This document shows, one piece after another, positions 34,125 to 43,794 of a stretch of DNA of 64,000 nt; the first letter of the stretch is position 1, and each line of letters starts with the position of its first letter. Where the stretch lies: contig CAVFPF010000063.1 of the NCBI GenBank assembly GCA_963624265.1, positions 17,059-81,058 of the forward strand, given 5' to 3'. The notes beneath the pieces were generated by a model. It did no database searches. It saw nothing but the letters and a program-made list of their open reading frames with translations, and was not told the DNA's origin. The position numbers were made by a program, and so were the translations under genes. The stretch is from a bacterium (GTDB lineage Bacteria; Bacteroidota; Bacteroidia; Bacteroidales; UBA3663).

Positions 34125-35432
34125 ATGCCAACCGCTATATCTTTCGAAAACGTCAGCAAACTCTACCAACTCGGCACCTTCGGCACCGGGACACTCAGCA
34201 ACGACATCAAGCGCTGGTGGGTAACCTCGGTGCTCGGCAAGGAAGACCCCTTCCTCAAGGTCGGCCAAGTCAACAACCGCGCCGCAAAAGCCAAGTCTGA
34301 CTTTGTCTATGCACTCAAGGACATCAGCTTCAACATCGAACAAGGTGACGTAGTCGGTGTCATAGGCAGCAATGGTGCTGGCAAGTCGACCCTCCTCAAA
34401 CTGTTGAGCCGTATCACCGCCCCTACTACGGGAATTATCAAAACCAAAGGTCGTCTGGCTACACTCCTTGAAGTGGGAACTGGATTCCATGGTGAACTGA
34501 CCGGACGTGAGAACATCTACATCAACGGCTCTATCATGGGCATGACGAAACAGGAAATCGACAAACGCCTCGATGAAATCATCGATTTCTCGGGCTGCGA
34601 GATGTACATCGACACACCCGTCAAGCGCTATTCCTCTGGTATGACCATACGTCTCGGCTTTGCCGTAGCCGCGTTTCTTGAGCCCGAGATTCTTGTGGTC
34701 GACGAGGTCCTGGCTGTAGGAGATATTGAGTTCCAACGCAAGGCCATCGGCAAGATGAGCGACATCAGCCACGAGAATGGTCGAACGGTGCTCTTTGTCA
34801 GTCATAACATGGGCTCGGTTCGGCGTCTGTGTAAACACGGCATCGTGCTCAGCAATGGCATGATTGACTTCACGGGCGATATAGACGAGGCCGTCAACTA
34901 CTACACACAAGAAAACATCGACACCTCCGCACGACACATTCGCCTCGCTGACCGCAACTGGGGACGGAATGAAAAATATCGATTGGGTCTGGAAATTTCA
35001 GAAGTCACCATCCTAAACGACCCCGACAACATGGCGACCGACGAACCCATAGAACTGGTGCTCCACATCAAGCGCAACCAAACGGATATACGCGACGGGT
35101 TCTTCGCAATCATAATACGCGATGCAACGGCTGGCACTCGCCTGCTCAACAGCTATACCGACACGGTGCACCTGCCCGAAGGACGGAACGAGTTTGACTT
35201 GCATATCACCATACGCGACCATCGGCTGCTCGACAACAAGTACTCGATACAACTCGAAGCCAGTTCGCTTGTTGACGGAAGAACAATGATACATGATATG
35301 GTATTCGATGTGCTACGCTTCTACGTTCGCTTCAAGTCAATGAAAACCCGGGAACCATATCTCACCGACTGGAGTGACAAGGGCTATATGCAATTCAAAG
35401 GAGAACCTTTCGTATCTGCGGAGACCGACTGA
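34125..35432 (+). CDS. ABC exporter ATP-binding protein (Wzt/TagH-like) with a C-terminal extension of about 185 aa
   Basis: Walker A (GSNGAGKST), signature (YSSGMTIRLGFA) and Walker B (ILVVDE) are present. Residues after about 250 form an extra domain in the position of the Wzt C-terminal glycan-binding domain. Confidence 0.85.
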   Translation: MPTAISFENVSKLYQLGTFGTGTLSNDIKRWWVTSVLGKEDPFLKVGQVNNRAAKAKSDFVYALKDISFNIEQGDVVGVIGSNGAGKSTLLKLLSRITAPTTGIIKTKGRLATLLEVGTGFHGELTGRENIYINGSIMGMTKQEIDKRLDEIIDFSGCEMYIDTPVKRYSSGMTIRLGFAVAAFLEPEILVVDEVLAVGDIEFQRKAIGKMSDISHENGRTVLFVSHNMGSVRRLCKHGIVLSNGMIDFTGDIDEAVNYYTQENIDTSARHIRLADRNWGRNEKYRLGLEISEVTILNDPDNMATDEPIELVLHIKRNQTDIRDGFFAIIIRDATAGTRLLNSYTDTVHLPEGRNEFDLHITIRDHRLLDNKYSIQLEASSLVDGRTMIHDMVFDVLRFYVRFKSMKTREPYLTDWSDKGYMQFKGEPFVSAETD

Positions 35433-35451
35433 TTTTACAATATACAAGTCT

Positions 35452-36630
35452 ATGACGTCTAATAAACATACAAGCACAGAAGGTAATGCCAGTCTAGACA
35501 ACGGCACAACATCGGCGATGGTGAAAGAATCCACCATCACGGTCACTTCGCCTCTTTTGCCGAACTTGCAGGAATTTACGGACATGCTTGAGAAAATCTG
35601 GCAACGTAAATGGATTACCAACAATGGTGATTTTCACCAACAACTCGAAACAGAGTTGGCTGATTACCTCAAGGTGCCCTACGTCAGTCTCTTCACCAAC
35701 GGCACACTGCCACTCATCACGGCACTTCAGGCACTGCACATCACAGGCGAAGTCATCACAACCCCATATAGCTTCGTCGCTACTACCCATGCACTATGGT
35801 GGAACGGCATCAAACCTGTCTTCGTTGATGTAGACCCCGAGACGGGCAATATCGACCCCGAACAAATTGAATCTGCCATCACTCCCCGCACAACCGCAAT
35901 ACTTCCCGTACATGTCTACGGCCAACCCTGCCGCACCGACGACATACGCACCATCGCCGACAAGTACGGATTAAAGGTCATCTACGATGCGGCTCACGCT
36001 TTCGGCGTAGAAGTCGGAGGTGAAAGCATCCTCAACGCCGGTGACCTCTCAACCCTGTCTTTCCACGCCACCAAAGTCTACAACACCATCGAAGGCGGCG
36101 CTATGGTAATGCACGACAAAGCCACCAAACAGCGCATCGACTACCTGAAGAACTTTGGCTTTGCCGATGAGGTGACCGTTGTAGGTCCCGGCATCAATAG
36201 CAAGATGGACGAAATCCGGGCGGCTTACGGCATCCTCAACCTTCGCCAAGTCGATGCGGCTATTGAAGCCCGCAGCCTAGCAGCCGCAGCCTATCGGCAA
36301 GCCTTAACCGACATCGAGGGAATCAGAATGCCAAAACCCGTGCCCGAAATACGCTACAATTATGCCTATTTCCCCATTTTTATCGACAGCGAAGCTTATG
36401 GCATGAGCCGTGACGAACTCTATGCCAAGATGAAGTCTCGCGGCATTTACGGGCGTCGTTATTTCTATCCGCTTATCAGCACCTTCCCCACCTACCGCGG
36501 ACTTGAAAGTGCCGACCCTCGCCATCTGCCTAACGCACAACGTTTAGCAGATAGCGTTATCTGCCTACCTATGCACCATGCTTTAAGTCAAGACGATATC
36601 AAACGTGTCATAGATTGTATCGTGCACTAA
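35452..36630 (+). CDS. DegT/DnrJ/EryC1/StrS-family sugar aminotransferase
   Basis: Motifs include LPNLQEF...KWITNNG, the SFHATKVYNTIEGGAMV PLP-lysine motif, and a C-terminal LPMHHALSQDD. I placed the start at the ATG at 35452; the track ORF starts at 35374 and overlaps the upstream gene. Confidence 0.85.
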   Translation: MTSNKHTSTEGNASLDNGTTSAMVKESTITVTSPLLPNLQEFTDMLEKIWQRKWITNNGDFHQQLETELADYLKVPYVSLFTNGTLPLITALQALHITGEVITTPYSFVATTHALWWNGIKPVFVDVDPETGNIDPEQIESAITPRTTAILPVHVYGQPCRTDDIRTIADKYGLKVIYDAAHAFGVEVGGESILNAGDLSTLSFHATKVYNTIEGGAMVMHDKATKQRIDYLKNFGFADEVTVVGPGINSKMDEIRAAYGILNLRQVDAAIEARSLAAAAYRQALTDIEGIRMPKPVPEIRYNYAYFPIFIDSEAYGMSRDELYAKMKSRGIYGRRYFYPLISTFPTYRGLESADPRHLPNAQRLADSVICLPMHHALSQDDIKRVIDCIVH

Positions 36631-36690
36631 CAGTTTTAACCAATAATGCGAACTCAAACCGAGACCCTATTCATTTGATTTAAGCAGACC

Positions 36691-37734
36691 ATGACTTTCT
36701 ATCCCGTTATTATCCCCACGTTGAACCGCTTCAAGCACCTACAAGCATGCATCAGTTCATTGCAGCAATGTACACATGCTGACAAGACAGAACTGGTAGT
36801 AGGTCTTGACTATCCGCCATCGGAAGATTATCGTGAAGGATATGAGGAAATAAAATCCTATCTGCCCAGCATCAAGGGTTTCGCCAAAGTCACCATTTGG
36901 GAACGTGATTACAATTATGGAGCAGTAAGGAACACACGAACAATGGTAGAATACTGCCTATCGCGTTACGACGCCTTCATTTTTACTGAGGATGACAATG
37001 TGTTCTCTCCTTGTTTCCTCGATTATATGAACAAGGCATTAGATAAATATCGTGATGATGAACGCATCGCGTCTGTGTGCGGATTCTGTTACCCGATTAA
37101 CTGCGGAACAAGTTTAGGAAGCGCCTGTCTAACTTATGAAGACTTGGCTTGGGGTGAGGGATTCTGGCGAGACAAATGGCGTGCAGCGAACGAGGTGATT
37201 AGTCGCAAAACTTTTTTTAAGGAAATAATAACATCGGAAACGATTGTCGAGAAATATCTCTCCATCTATCCTAGAGGTTTTCATATTCTTCTAGACATGA
37301 TAAAACAAAAGGCCTCTTGGGGTGATATTGAGTGTACCGCCTACAATTTTCTAACAGACCATTTTCAGATTCAGCCAAACACATCTTTAGTGCGGAATAT
37401 AGGCCACGATGGTTCTGGGCTGCATAGCGTCATACGACCAGAATTGCTTCAGCAAGAAATATGCAGTGCTGCAACGTACGACCTTCCGAATACATTAGAT
37501 ATGCAACGCACTGACATAGTGGGGCGAGGACTTCGACATCTTTATTTGGAAATGCCTACAGATTCCAAGGCCTACCAAGCAGAAATTAAACAACTCAGAA
37601 AACGAGCACGAGACCTTCGGCTTCTATATCAACATCCTTGGCTACAATGGCTTGTTGACAGACCTGAACGGTTGCAATGGTATGCACATCGCTACTGGTT
37701 AGCAGTTCTACGCCGCTGTGGGAAACCGGTATAA
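36691..37734 (+). CDS. Glycosyltransferase (GT-A fold, GT2-like), paralog A
   Basis: There is a VIIPTLNRFKHL N-terminus and a TEDDNVFSP DxD-like motif. The ORF is strongly similar along its length to the 38938-40002 product. Confidence 0.65.
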   Translation: MTFYPVIIPTLNRFKHLQACISSLQQCTHADKTELVVGLDYPPSEDYREGYEEIKSYLPSIKGFAKVTIWERDYNYGAVRNTRTMVEYCLSRYDAFIFTEDDNVFSPCFLDYMNKALDKYRDDERIASVCGFCYPINCGTSLGSACLTYEDLAWGEGFWRDKWRAANEVISRKTFFKEIITSETIVEKYLSIYPRGFHILLDMIKQKASWGDIECTAYNFLTDHFQIQPNTSLVRNIGHDGSGLHSVIRPELLQQEICSAATYDLPNTLDMQRTDIVGRGLRHLYLEMPTDSKAYQAEIKQLRKRARDLRLLYQHPWLQWLVDRPERLQWYAHRYWLAVLRRCGKPV

Positions 37735-37784
37735 AAGGCATCTGAGATTAACGCAAATATAATCACCTGAAAAACCTTTACAAT

Positions 37785-38921
37785 ATGAGAATCCTTTGGA
37801 ATAGGAAAACTCGCAACTTGTGCATAAAAATCATGCAAACACTGCCCATCCGGCAGGGTCGCGTGATGTGCGTGTGCTGGGGAGGAGAGCAGTACGACTG
37901 CAGCCCCCGAGCCATAGTTGAGAAAATGGCAGATATGGGGCTCGCCCATGGGGCGGGGAAAAAGTTCGAAGTTTCATTCGCCTTCTTTCACCCTGAGAAT
38001 TTTTTGACCGATTTGCCCATTGGCGTTGAGGGTGTCACTATTGGCAGCTATCAATACTTCAAACAACTAAGCACAGCGCAATTTATCATTGCCAACACCC
38101 GCTTTGGTGGGAGTATGTTTTGGCCTATGCCAAAACGCAAAGGGCAATATTATATACAAACTATGCACGGCGGACATGGCATCAAGCACGTGGAATTTGA
38201 TGTGGACCTTCCGGAAGCATATCTAAAGTTGGTAGATGAAGATGCTAAGCGCACCGACATCATGCCAAGCGAATCGGATTATCAGAACCGGCTCTTCCAC
38301 TCCGCCTATCATTACTACGGAGATGTTCTAAACACCGGATTGCCCCGCAACGACATTTTTTTCCGCCCAGCTCCAGACAAACTGCACAAGCAGAAGAGTT
38401 ATGTCATCTACACGCCCACTTTCCGCAGCAATGGACGGCGTGATGTTTTTGGCTTCAATACCGACCGAGTGATCGAAGCTCTCGAACAACGCTTTGGCGG
38501 CGAATGGTATGTAATGATATCTTCCCATCCCAATATGCGTAGCTACTACCACGAGCTCTATGACTTCAGTCATCCACGCTTGATAGATGTAGGTCGGGAA
38601 GATTTGCATCCATTACTGCGCATGAGTGAAGCGCTTATCACTGACTATAGTAGCGCAGAAATGGATTTTTCGCTCATGAATCGTCCTATATTCCAACTCT
38701 GCAAGGACCGGGCAGACTACGACAGAGGGTTCTATATCAAGCCCGAAGAGTTGCCCTTCCCATACGCAGAGACGGATGATCAATTGGTCAACAATATCCT
38801 CTCTTTTGACGCAGAAAAATATGCTGCAGACTTGGAGGCCTTTAACCGCGAAAGAATTGGCCTGCACGAGACGGGTCACGCCTCTGAGGATATGATCCGC
38901 TGGATGCTAGAGAGACGATAA
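37785..38921 (+). CDS. CDP-glycerol glycerophosphotransferase family protein (TagF/TagB-like)
   Basis: Motifs IYTPTFRSNG, ISSHPNM and ALITDYSSAEMDFSL correspond to conserved Glyphos_transf blocks (xPTxR, HP, TDYSS). Confidence 0.75.
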   Translation: MRILWNRKTRNLCIKIMQTLPIRQGRVMCVCWGGEQYDCSPRAIVEKMADMGLAHGAGKKFEVSFAFFHPENFLTDLPIGVEGVTIGSYQYFKQLSTAQFIIANTRFGGSMFWPMPKRKGQYYIQTMHGGHGIKHVEFDVDLPEAYLKLVDEDAKRTDIMPSESDYQNRLFHSAYHYYGDVLNTGLPRNDIFFRPAPDKLHKQKSYVIYTPTFRSNGRRDVFGFNTDRVIEALEQRFGGEWYVMISSHPNMRSYYHELYDFSHPRLIDVGREDLHPLLRMSEALITDYSSAEMDFSLMNRPIFQLCKDRADYDRGFYIKPEELPFPYAETDDQLVNNILSFDAEKYAADLEAFNRERIGLHETGHASEDMIRWMLERR

Positions 38922-38937
38922 AACAAAATACTATTGT

Positions 38938-40002
38938 ATGACATACTATCCCGTCCTTATCCCGACGCTGAACCGCTACGAGCATTTCAAAGCTTGCGTA
39001 GAATCTCTTCAACAATGTACGTATGCGAACAAAACAGAACTTGTAGTAGGGCTCGACTATCCTCCAGCAGACCGATACCGCGATGGCTATGAGAAAATCA
39101 AGGCCTTCTTGCCGACCATCAAAGGGTTCGCCAAAGTAACGGTGTTCGAGCGCGAGCACAACTACGGCGCCATAAAGAATTGGTATGCTTTGGCAGATTA
39201 TTGCTTAGAACGATACGATGCATTCATAGCTACCGAGGACGACAACATATTTTCGCCCTGTTATCTCGACTACATGAATCAGGCGTTCGAGCGATTCCGT
39301 GATGACAGCAGCATTGTATCCGTAAGCGGATACAGCCACCCTGCCAGTTTGGGCACAAGCACAAAAAGCGCATACTTGAGCTATACGCACTCCGCTTGGG
39401 GCGAAGGCTATTGGAAGCACAAATACAGGCAGGTAGAGCGCACCATTGAAGACGATGCTTTCTTCCATAGGATAGTACGGACAAAGGGGCTGGCAATGCG
39501 GGTCGCCAGCATCTATCCACGTGGCTACTGGTCTCTACTAGACATCCTAAAGAGTGGCGGCCGCGACTTTTGGGGTGACCTCAAGTGGGCTCTCTACAAC
39601 ATCACAACAGGGCACTTCCAACTACAACCTGCCGTATCGTTGGTACGCAATATGGGGTGCGATGGTTCCGGACTGCATTGTGATGTAGACCAAACCTTCA
39701 GTCAGCAAACCATCAGCTCTGATACAACATTCAATATGACAACCAATCCCTCCATACAACGCATCGACATCGAGGGCCGCGGGCCGCGTTGGCAAGATAT
39801 GCCAACTGACCCCAAGGAGTATAGTGATGCTATAGAAGCTCTATACCGCCGAGCACAACGTGTCCGGTTGAAATACACGCGGCCGTGGTGGTGGCTATTC
39901 CGGTTGCTCGACCGCTCAAGGAGTGGCTATGGCCTCATCTATAAACTAGGTATAAAAACAGGACTGCTGCACAGCACCGACCTAACCAAGAAGTTGCACT
40001 GA
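38938..40002 (+). CDS. Glycosyltransferase (GT-A fold, GT2-like), paralog B
   Basis: VLIPTLNRYEHF, TELVVGLDYPPADRYRDGYEKIKAFLPTIKGFAKVT and TEDDNIFSP align block by block with paralog A. Confidence 0.65.
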   Translation: MTYYPVLIPTLNRYEHFKACVESLQQCTYANKTELVVGLDYPPADRYRDGYEKIKAFLPTIKGFAKVTVFEREHNYGAIKNWYALADYCLERYDAFIATEDDNIFSPCYLDYMNQAFERFRDDSSIVSVSGYSHPASLGTSTKSAYLSYTHSAWGEGYWKHKYRQVERTIEDDAFFHRIVRTKGLAMRVASIYPRGYWSLLDILKSGGRDFWGDLKWALYNITTGHFQLQPAVSLVRNMGCDGSGLHCDVDQTFSQQTISSDTTFNMTTNPSIQRIDIEGRGPRWQDMPTDPKEYSDAIEALYRRAQRVRLKYTRPWWWLFRLLDRSRSGYGLIYKLGIKTGLLHSTDLTKKLH

Positions 40003-40035
40003 GCAGCAGCCTTATTTATCTCGTTGTTGTTTCTC

Positions 40036-40084
40036 AACTATCGCTGTCGGTTAATGTCAACTGATTTACTGGACAGCGATAGTT
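40036..40084. terminator. Hairpin between convergent genes
   Basis: aactatcgctgtc (40036-40048) pairs with gacagcgatagtt (40072-40084) in a 13-bp perfect stem with a 23-nt loop. Confidence 0.4.
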
Positions 40085-40094
40085 TGTTTACGCC

Positions 40095-41795
40095 TCACTT
40101 CCTTTCCTTAACACGGAGTTCGTCACCGCGTTGGTTGACGATAGCACGGTAGAAGTCTTCAGAATAAGCAGGTTGTTGCGGATACTCAGGCACACCGTAG
40201 AGCGTGCGTAAGAAATGTCCGGGAGCACCCTCTTCCTCACGCTTCACATTGCCATCCAAATATTTAACAAGCAAATACAAGGCTAGTTCGCGGTAACGTG
40301 CTGTCGCTGCATTAGCCTCCTCTGCACTATACGTGTTGAGGAACTTGGAAACCTCAGCCGATGACGATTTGAGCAAATTCACAGCATAGCTATCTATACT
40401 GTCCTGCTGAGCCTCAAAGCGGTCTTCCAGTCCGTCACGCACACGGCGTACATCTTCCATCATTGGCTCGTAACGCGTGTAGACTTGCTGAGCCACCCAG
40501 TTGTTCATCCAAAAAGCCGATGTCCATGAGAAAGTCAACAAATCTCCGTTGCCTGGGCGGAAACAGAGCGGAGACTCTAAGATATTGTTATAGATAGGCG
40601 TAAAGACAGCCGTGTTGGCATCATCGACAGCAAACCATGTCTTGCCACCTACTTCTCGCGGCAACCAGCCACGCATCTCGCTGACAAAGACAAAGCCTGT
40701 CTGCTGCGTAGCCACAGCACGCTCGTGCAGATAGTTGATACTATCGAGTTGCCAATACATAGGGCGCCACCTGTAAGGACAATGGAATGGACCACCGCCT
40801 ACATCTTTAGTCATATCCCATGGTGTACCCTCAAAGTGGTCACGCATAGCATTTTGCACATCGCGATGTGAAAGCTTGCGGTCCGGACGCACATAGAGCG
40901 GCAAAATGGAGTCTGCCGGACAATTGGGACTGCACTCGAAGTCAACAAAGGGGAAATACCGGTCCATACCCGAGGCAAAATGATTGAAGAAAGCCCATAC
41001 ACGGCCGTCACAACCGCGAAAAGCTCCGGCGTCTTGCTCACCAAAGACTCGGGCAAAATCAAAGTCACTGTCCCGTCCTGTATACTTGCCACACTGGCGA
41101 GCGAAGGCAATCAAGTCAGCACTGTAGAGACAACTGTCACCCACCTCATATCTACTCAACCGGCGATTGAGCTTGGCACCTCGCTGTGGGAAGTAATGGA
41201 TGCGGGCCTGATTGGCGTGTGCTGCGATGCAGTCGGACGGTATAAGGCGAGCTACCCATACAGCGCCTTTGTTGCCTGGGCCCTTGCCAATCATATCCAT
41301 CACCCAAATCTCATTAGGATCTCCTATGGAAAATGTCTCTCCCTCACTGGCATAACCATATTCTGACACAAGAGCCGTCATGACGTCGATGGCCTCGCGG
41401 GCCGTACGACTGCGTTCAAGTGCAATGTAAATAAGCGACCCGTAGTCGATGATGGCCGTAGTATCCATCAACGACAAGTCACCTCCCCATGTCGATTCGG
41501 CAATGGTTACCTGGTGCTCGTTGACGTTTCCAACCACCCGCCAAGTGTGCGGTACCTGTGGAATTTGGCCGAGCGGTCGCTGGCTGTCCCAGTCGATGAC
41601 TGACCGCATAGCACCCTCAGCATGGTCAGATGCAGGTGTATAGTAGAGTTCCCCATAAAGTTGGTGACTATCGGCTGCATAACTAATCATCGTCGAACCG
41701 GTCACCGATGCGCCTCGGCCTACTAAAAAATTGGTGCAAGCTACCGAATGAAGGGTTAGGGCTGCACAAATAAGGGTAAAGAAAGTCTGTTTCAT
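40095..41795 (-). CDS. C69-family dipeptidase
   Basis: A signal peptide ends at the nucleophile Cys (SVACTNFLVGRGASVTGSTMISYAADS). The 566-aa length is typical. Confidence 0.85.
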   Translation of the reverse strand: MKQTFFTLICAALTLHSVACTNFLVGRGASVTGSTMISYAADSHQLYGELYYTPASDHAEGAMRSVIDWDSQRPLGQIPQVPHTWRVVGNVNEHQVTIAESTWGGDLSLMDTTAIIDYGSLIYIALERSRTAREAIDVMTALVSEYGYASEGETFSIGDPNEIWVMDMIGKGPGNKGAVWVARLIPSDCIAAHANQARIHYFPQRGAKLNRRLSRYEVGDSCLYSADLIAFARQCGKYTGRDSDFDFARVFGEQDAGAFRGCDGRVWAFFNHFASGMDRYFPFVDFECSPNCPADSILPLYVRPDRKLSHRDVQNAMRDHFEGTPWDMTKDVGGGPFHCPYRWRPMYWQLDSINYLHERAVATQQTGFVFVSEMRGWLPREVGGKTWFAVDDANTAVFTPIYNNILESPLCFRPGNGDLLTFSWTSAFWMNNWVAQQVYTRYEPMMEDVRRVRDGLEDRFEAQQDSIDSYAVNLLKSSSAEVSKFLNTYSAEEANAATARYRELALYLLVKYLDGNVKREEEGAPGHFLRTLYGVPEYPQQPAYSEDFYRAIVNQRGDELRVKERK

Positions 41796-41879
41796 ATTTT
41801 GTTCTTTTGTTGTCTTTGGTATAGTCTGCTAGATAACCAATATCCCAGACCAAGGATGACGATTCTCCTGGCCATGTAA

Positions 41880-43784
41880 TCAGAATAAAACAATGGTCTC
41901 AAGTACGGACTTGTTACCGCAGTTATCCTCTGCGCGTATCACTACCGTATGGCGGCCACGGACGATTCCGTAATCTGAAGGATGCCCCAGCATACGACCG
42001 TAGCGGTTCATCGGGAAAGGCACGAACTGGCCATCGATATAGACCTTGTAACCAGCCAGTCCGCTCCCCTTATCCGTCACTGATATCTGCGCACTTCGCC
42101 ATCCCATACGCACTACAGATATGGACGGTGCGATACTGTCTCTGCAGACTGCAAACCGCCCGAAAGACAAGGTTGTTGCATGCAGCGCTCCGTCCTTATA
42201 TTGACCTCCCACATAACCGCTGTCGAGATTGCGGATATAAAGTTGGCGGGCGAGTGCCGAGTCAGAGGCATAGGCTTCTGACACACGGATAGCTAACGGG
42301 AATGGGGCATGAACTGGGATATCCTTTCTTCCTATCGTATATATAGGAGAGAGATAAGTGTCGGATTGCAATATCTTGGAAGTTGCGGCTGCGGTTGTTG
42401 CACGAGAAGCAGTCGCAGGTGTGGTAGGCGCTGACGTACCTGTAGCGGCTGATGTCTTAGCACTGCAACTGAAAGGCACTAACACGTCGCCATAAAGTTG
42501 TGCGGGATGCAGTTCGAAACGACATCCGGCCGTATCAAGTCGGAAAGGATGCCCGTAGCGCACGAGATAACCGACATCCGTCAGCGTGCCAGACGGCAGG
42601 CTGCTCCATAACGGACCCGTACTGGACAGAGAGGTGCGCTGTCCTTTGACCACAAAGTTGACGGTGCTATAGTTACCATGCCAGTCAAAGAGTTCGTAAC
42701 GCACACGGTATGGTCGCTCCTCATTGATGGTGACGATGCCGTCGCCTTGTTTCGTATGGCCGATGATACAGAGACGATTGCCTGGTTCGACGAAGCTTCG
42801 CATAATCATACCTCTATGGTTGGTCCACTCGGCAAAGTCGGTAAGCGAATTGATATAACGCCGCTCAGTGTATCGGAAACTGTCAATCTGGCAACAATAG
42901 ACAAGCGAGTCGTCAATAAAGAGTCTCACTGCATAGACCCCGAAACGATTGTTTTGCCCATCCATATAGTCGTATGCTTTGATGCCAAAGCCAAGGCGAC
43001 CCCAAGCCGTAAAAGTCCGTGCCGTACACCTATTTTGGCTTGCTTGACCGACCACAGTGACAGCTGCCGAACGACGAAACGCCTTACCATCGACCACACC
43101 GCCTAGAGGATACACATAGACATTTTGTGCACGGGGAGCCTTATGGTCGACAACGCTTTGTCCAAAACAAAGAAGCGGATTGTAGTATGTATCGTCGGCA
43201 TCGTTGCAGTCTCTTAACTCAAAATGGACATGCGGTCCGCCCGAACTGCCTGTATTCCCGCTCTTGGCTATCACATCCCCCATCGACACTGGCAGTTCGT
43301 CAGGCAGGAAAGCAACTTGCGGAGAGTTGTTGGCCTCCATCTGCACCAGTTTGCGACGCACATGGACAGCTATGCTGTCATTGAATGCGCTCAGATGGCC
43401 GTAGACGGAAGTCAATCCATACTGCGGATGACGCACATAGACAACCAGTCCATAGCCATAGGCATTGACACCGACACGGCAGACATAGCCATCCGCAAAG
43501 GCTCGCACAGGATGTCCAGTCGAACCTTGAGTCTTGAAGTCGAGCCCGGCATGGAAATGCCCGGATCGCAGTTCTCCGAAATTACCGGCTAATGCCACAT
43601 CCAAATCAAGCGGCAGACAACAGTGCATCGAATCTGGCATCAGCACCAATCGTTCGTCTTGAGACGGCAGACTACCGGCCGAGGCAGATATACAGAAAAG
43701 TGTCCCGACGACCACAATGGCAGTCAGGACAAACTTGCAAGGTCCAAACATCTGGCAACGGCTTTGCGCAATGGTCTTGTGCAT
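41880..43784 (-). CDS. M23-family metallopeptidase with a long C-terminal extension
   Basis: The HFHAGLDF (HxxxD) and GNTGSSGGPHVHFELR (HxH) motifs are present. The probable start is Met MHKTIAQ at 43784; the track ORF runs to 43829 and would overlap ychF. Confidence 0.8.
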   Translation of the reverse strand: MHKTIAQSRCQMFGPCKFVLTAIVVVGTLFCISASAGSLPSQDERLVLMPDSMHCCLPLDLDVALAGNFGELRSGHFHAGLDFKTQGSTGHPVRAFADGYVCRVGVNAYGYGLVVYVRHPQYGLTSVYGHLSAFNDSIAVHVRRKLVQMEANNSPQVAFLPDELPVSMGDVIAKSGNTGSSGGPHVHFELRDCNDADDTYYNPLLCFGQSVVDHKAPRAQNVYVYPLGGVVDGKAFRRSAAVTVVGQASQNRCTARTFTAWGRLGFGIKAYDYMDGQNNRFGVYAVRLFIDDSLVYCCQIDSFRYTERRYINSLTDFAEWTNHRGMIMRSFVEPGNRLCIIGHTKQGDGIVTINEERPYRVRYELFDWHGNYSTVNFVVKGQRTSLSSTGPLWSSLPSGTLTDVGYLVRYGHPFRLDTAGCRFELHPAQLYGDVLVPFSCSAKTSAATGTSAPTTPATASRATTAAATSKILQSDTYLSPIYTIGRKDIPVHAPFPLAIRVSEAYASDSALARQLYIRNLDSGYVGGQYKDGALHATTLSFGRFAVCRDSIAPSISVVRMGWRSAQISVTDKGSGLAGYKVYIDGQFVPFPMNRYGRMLGHPSDYGIVRGRHTVVIRAEDNCGNKSVLETIVLF

Positions 43785-43794
43785 GATATCTCCG

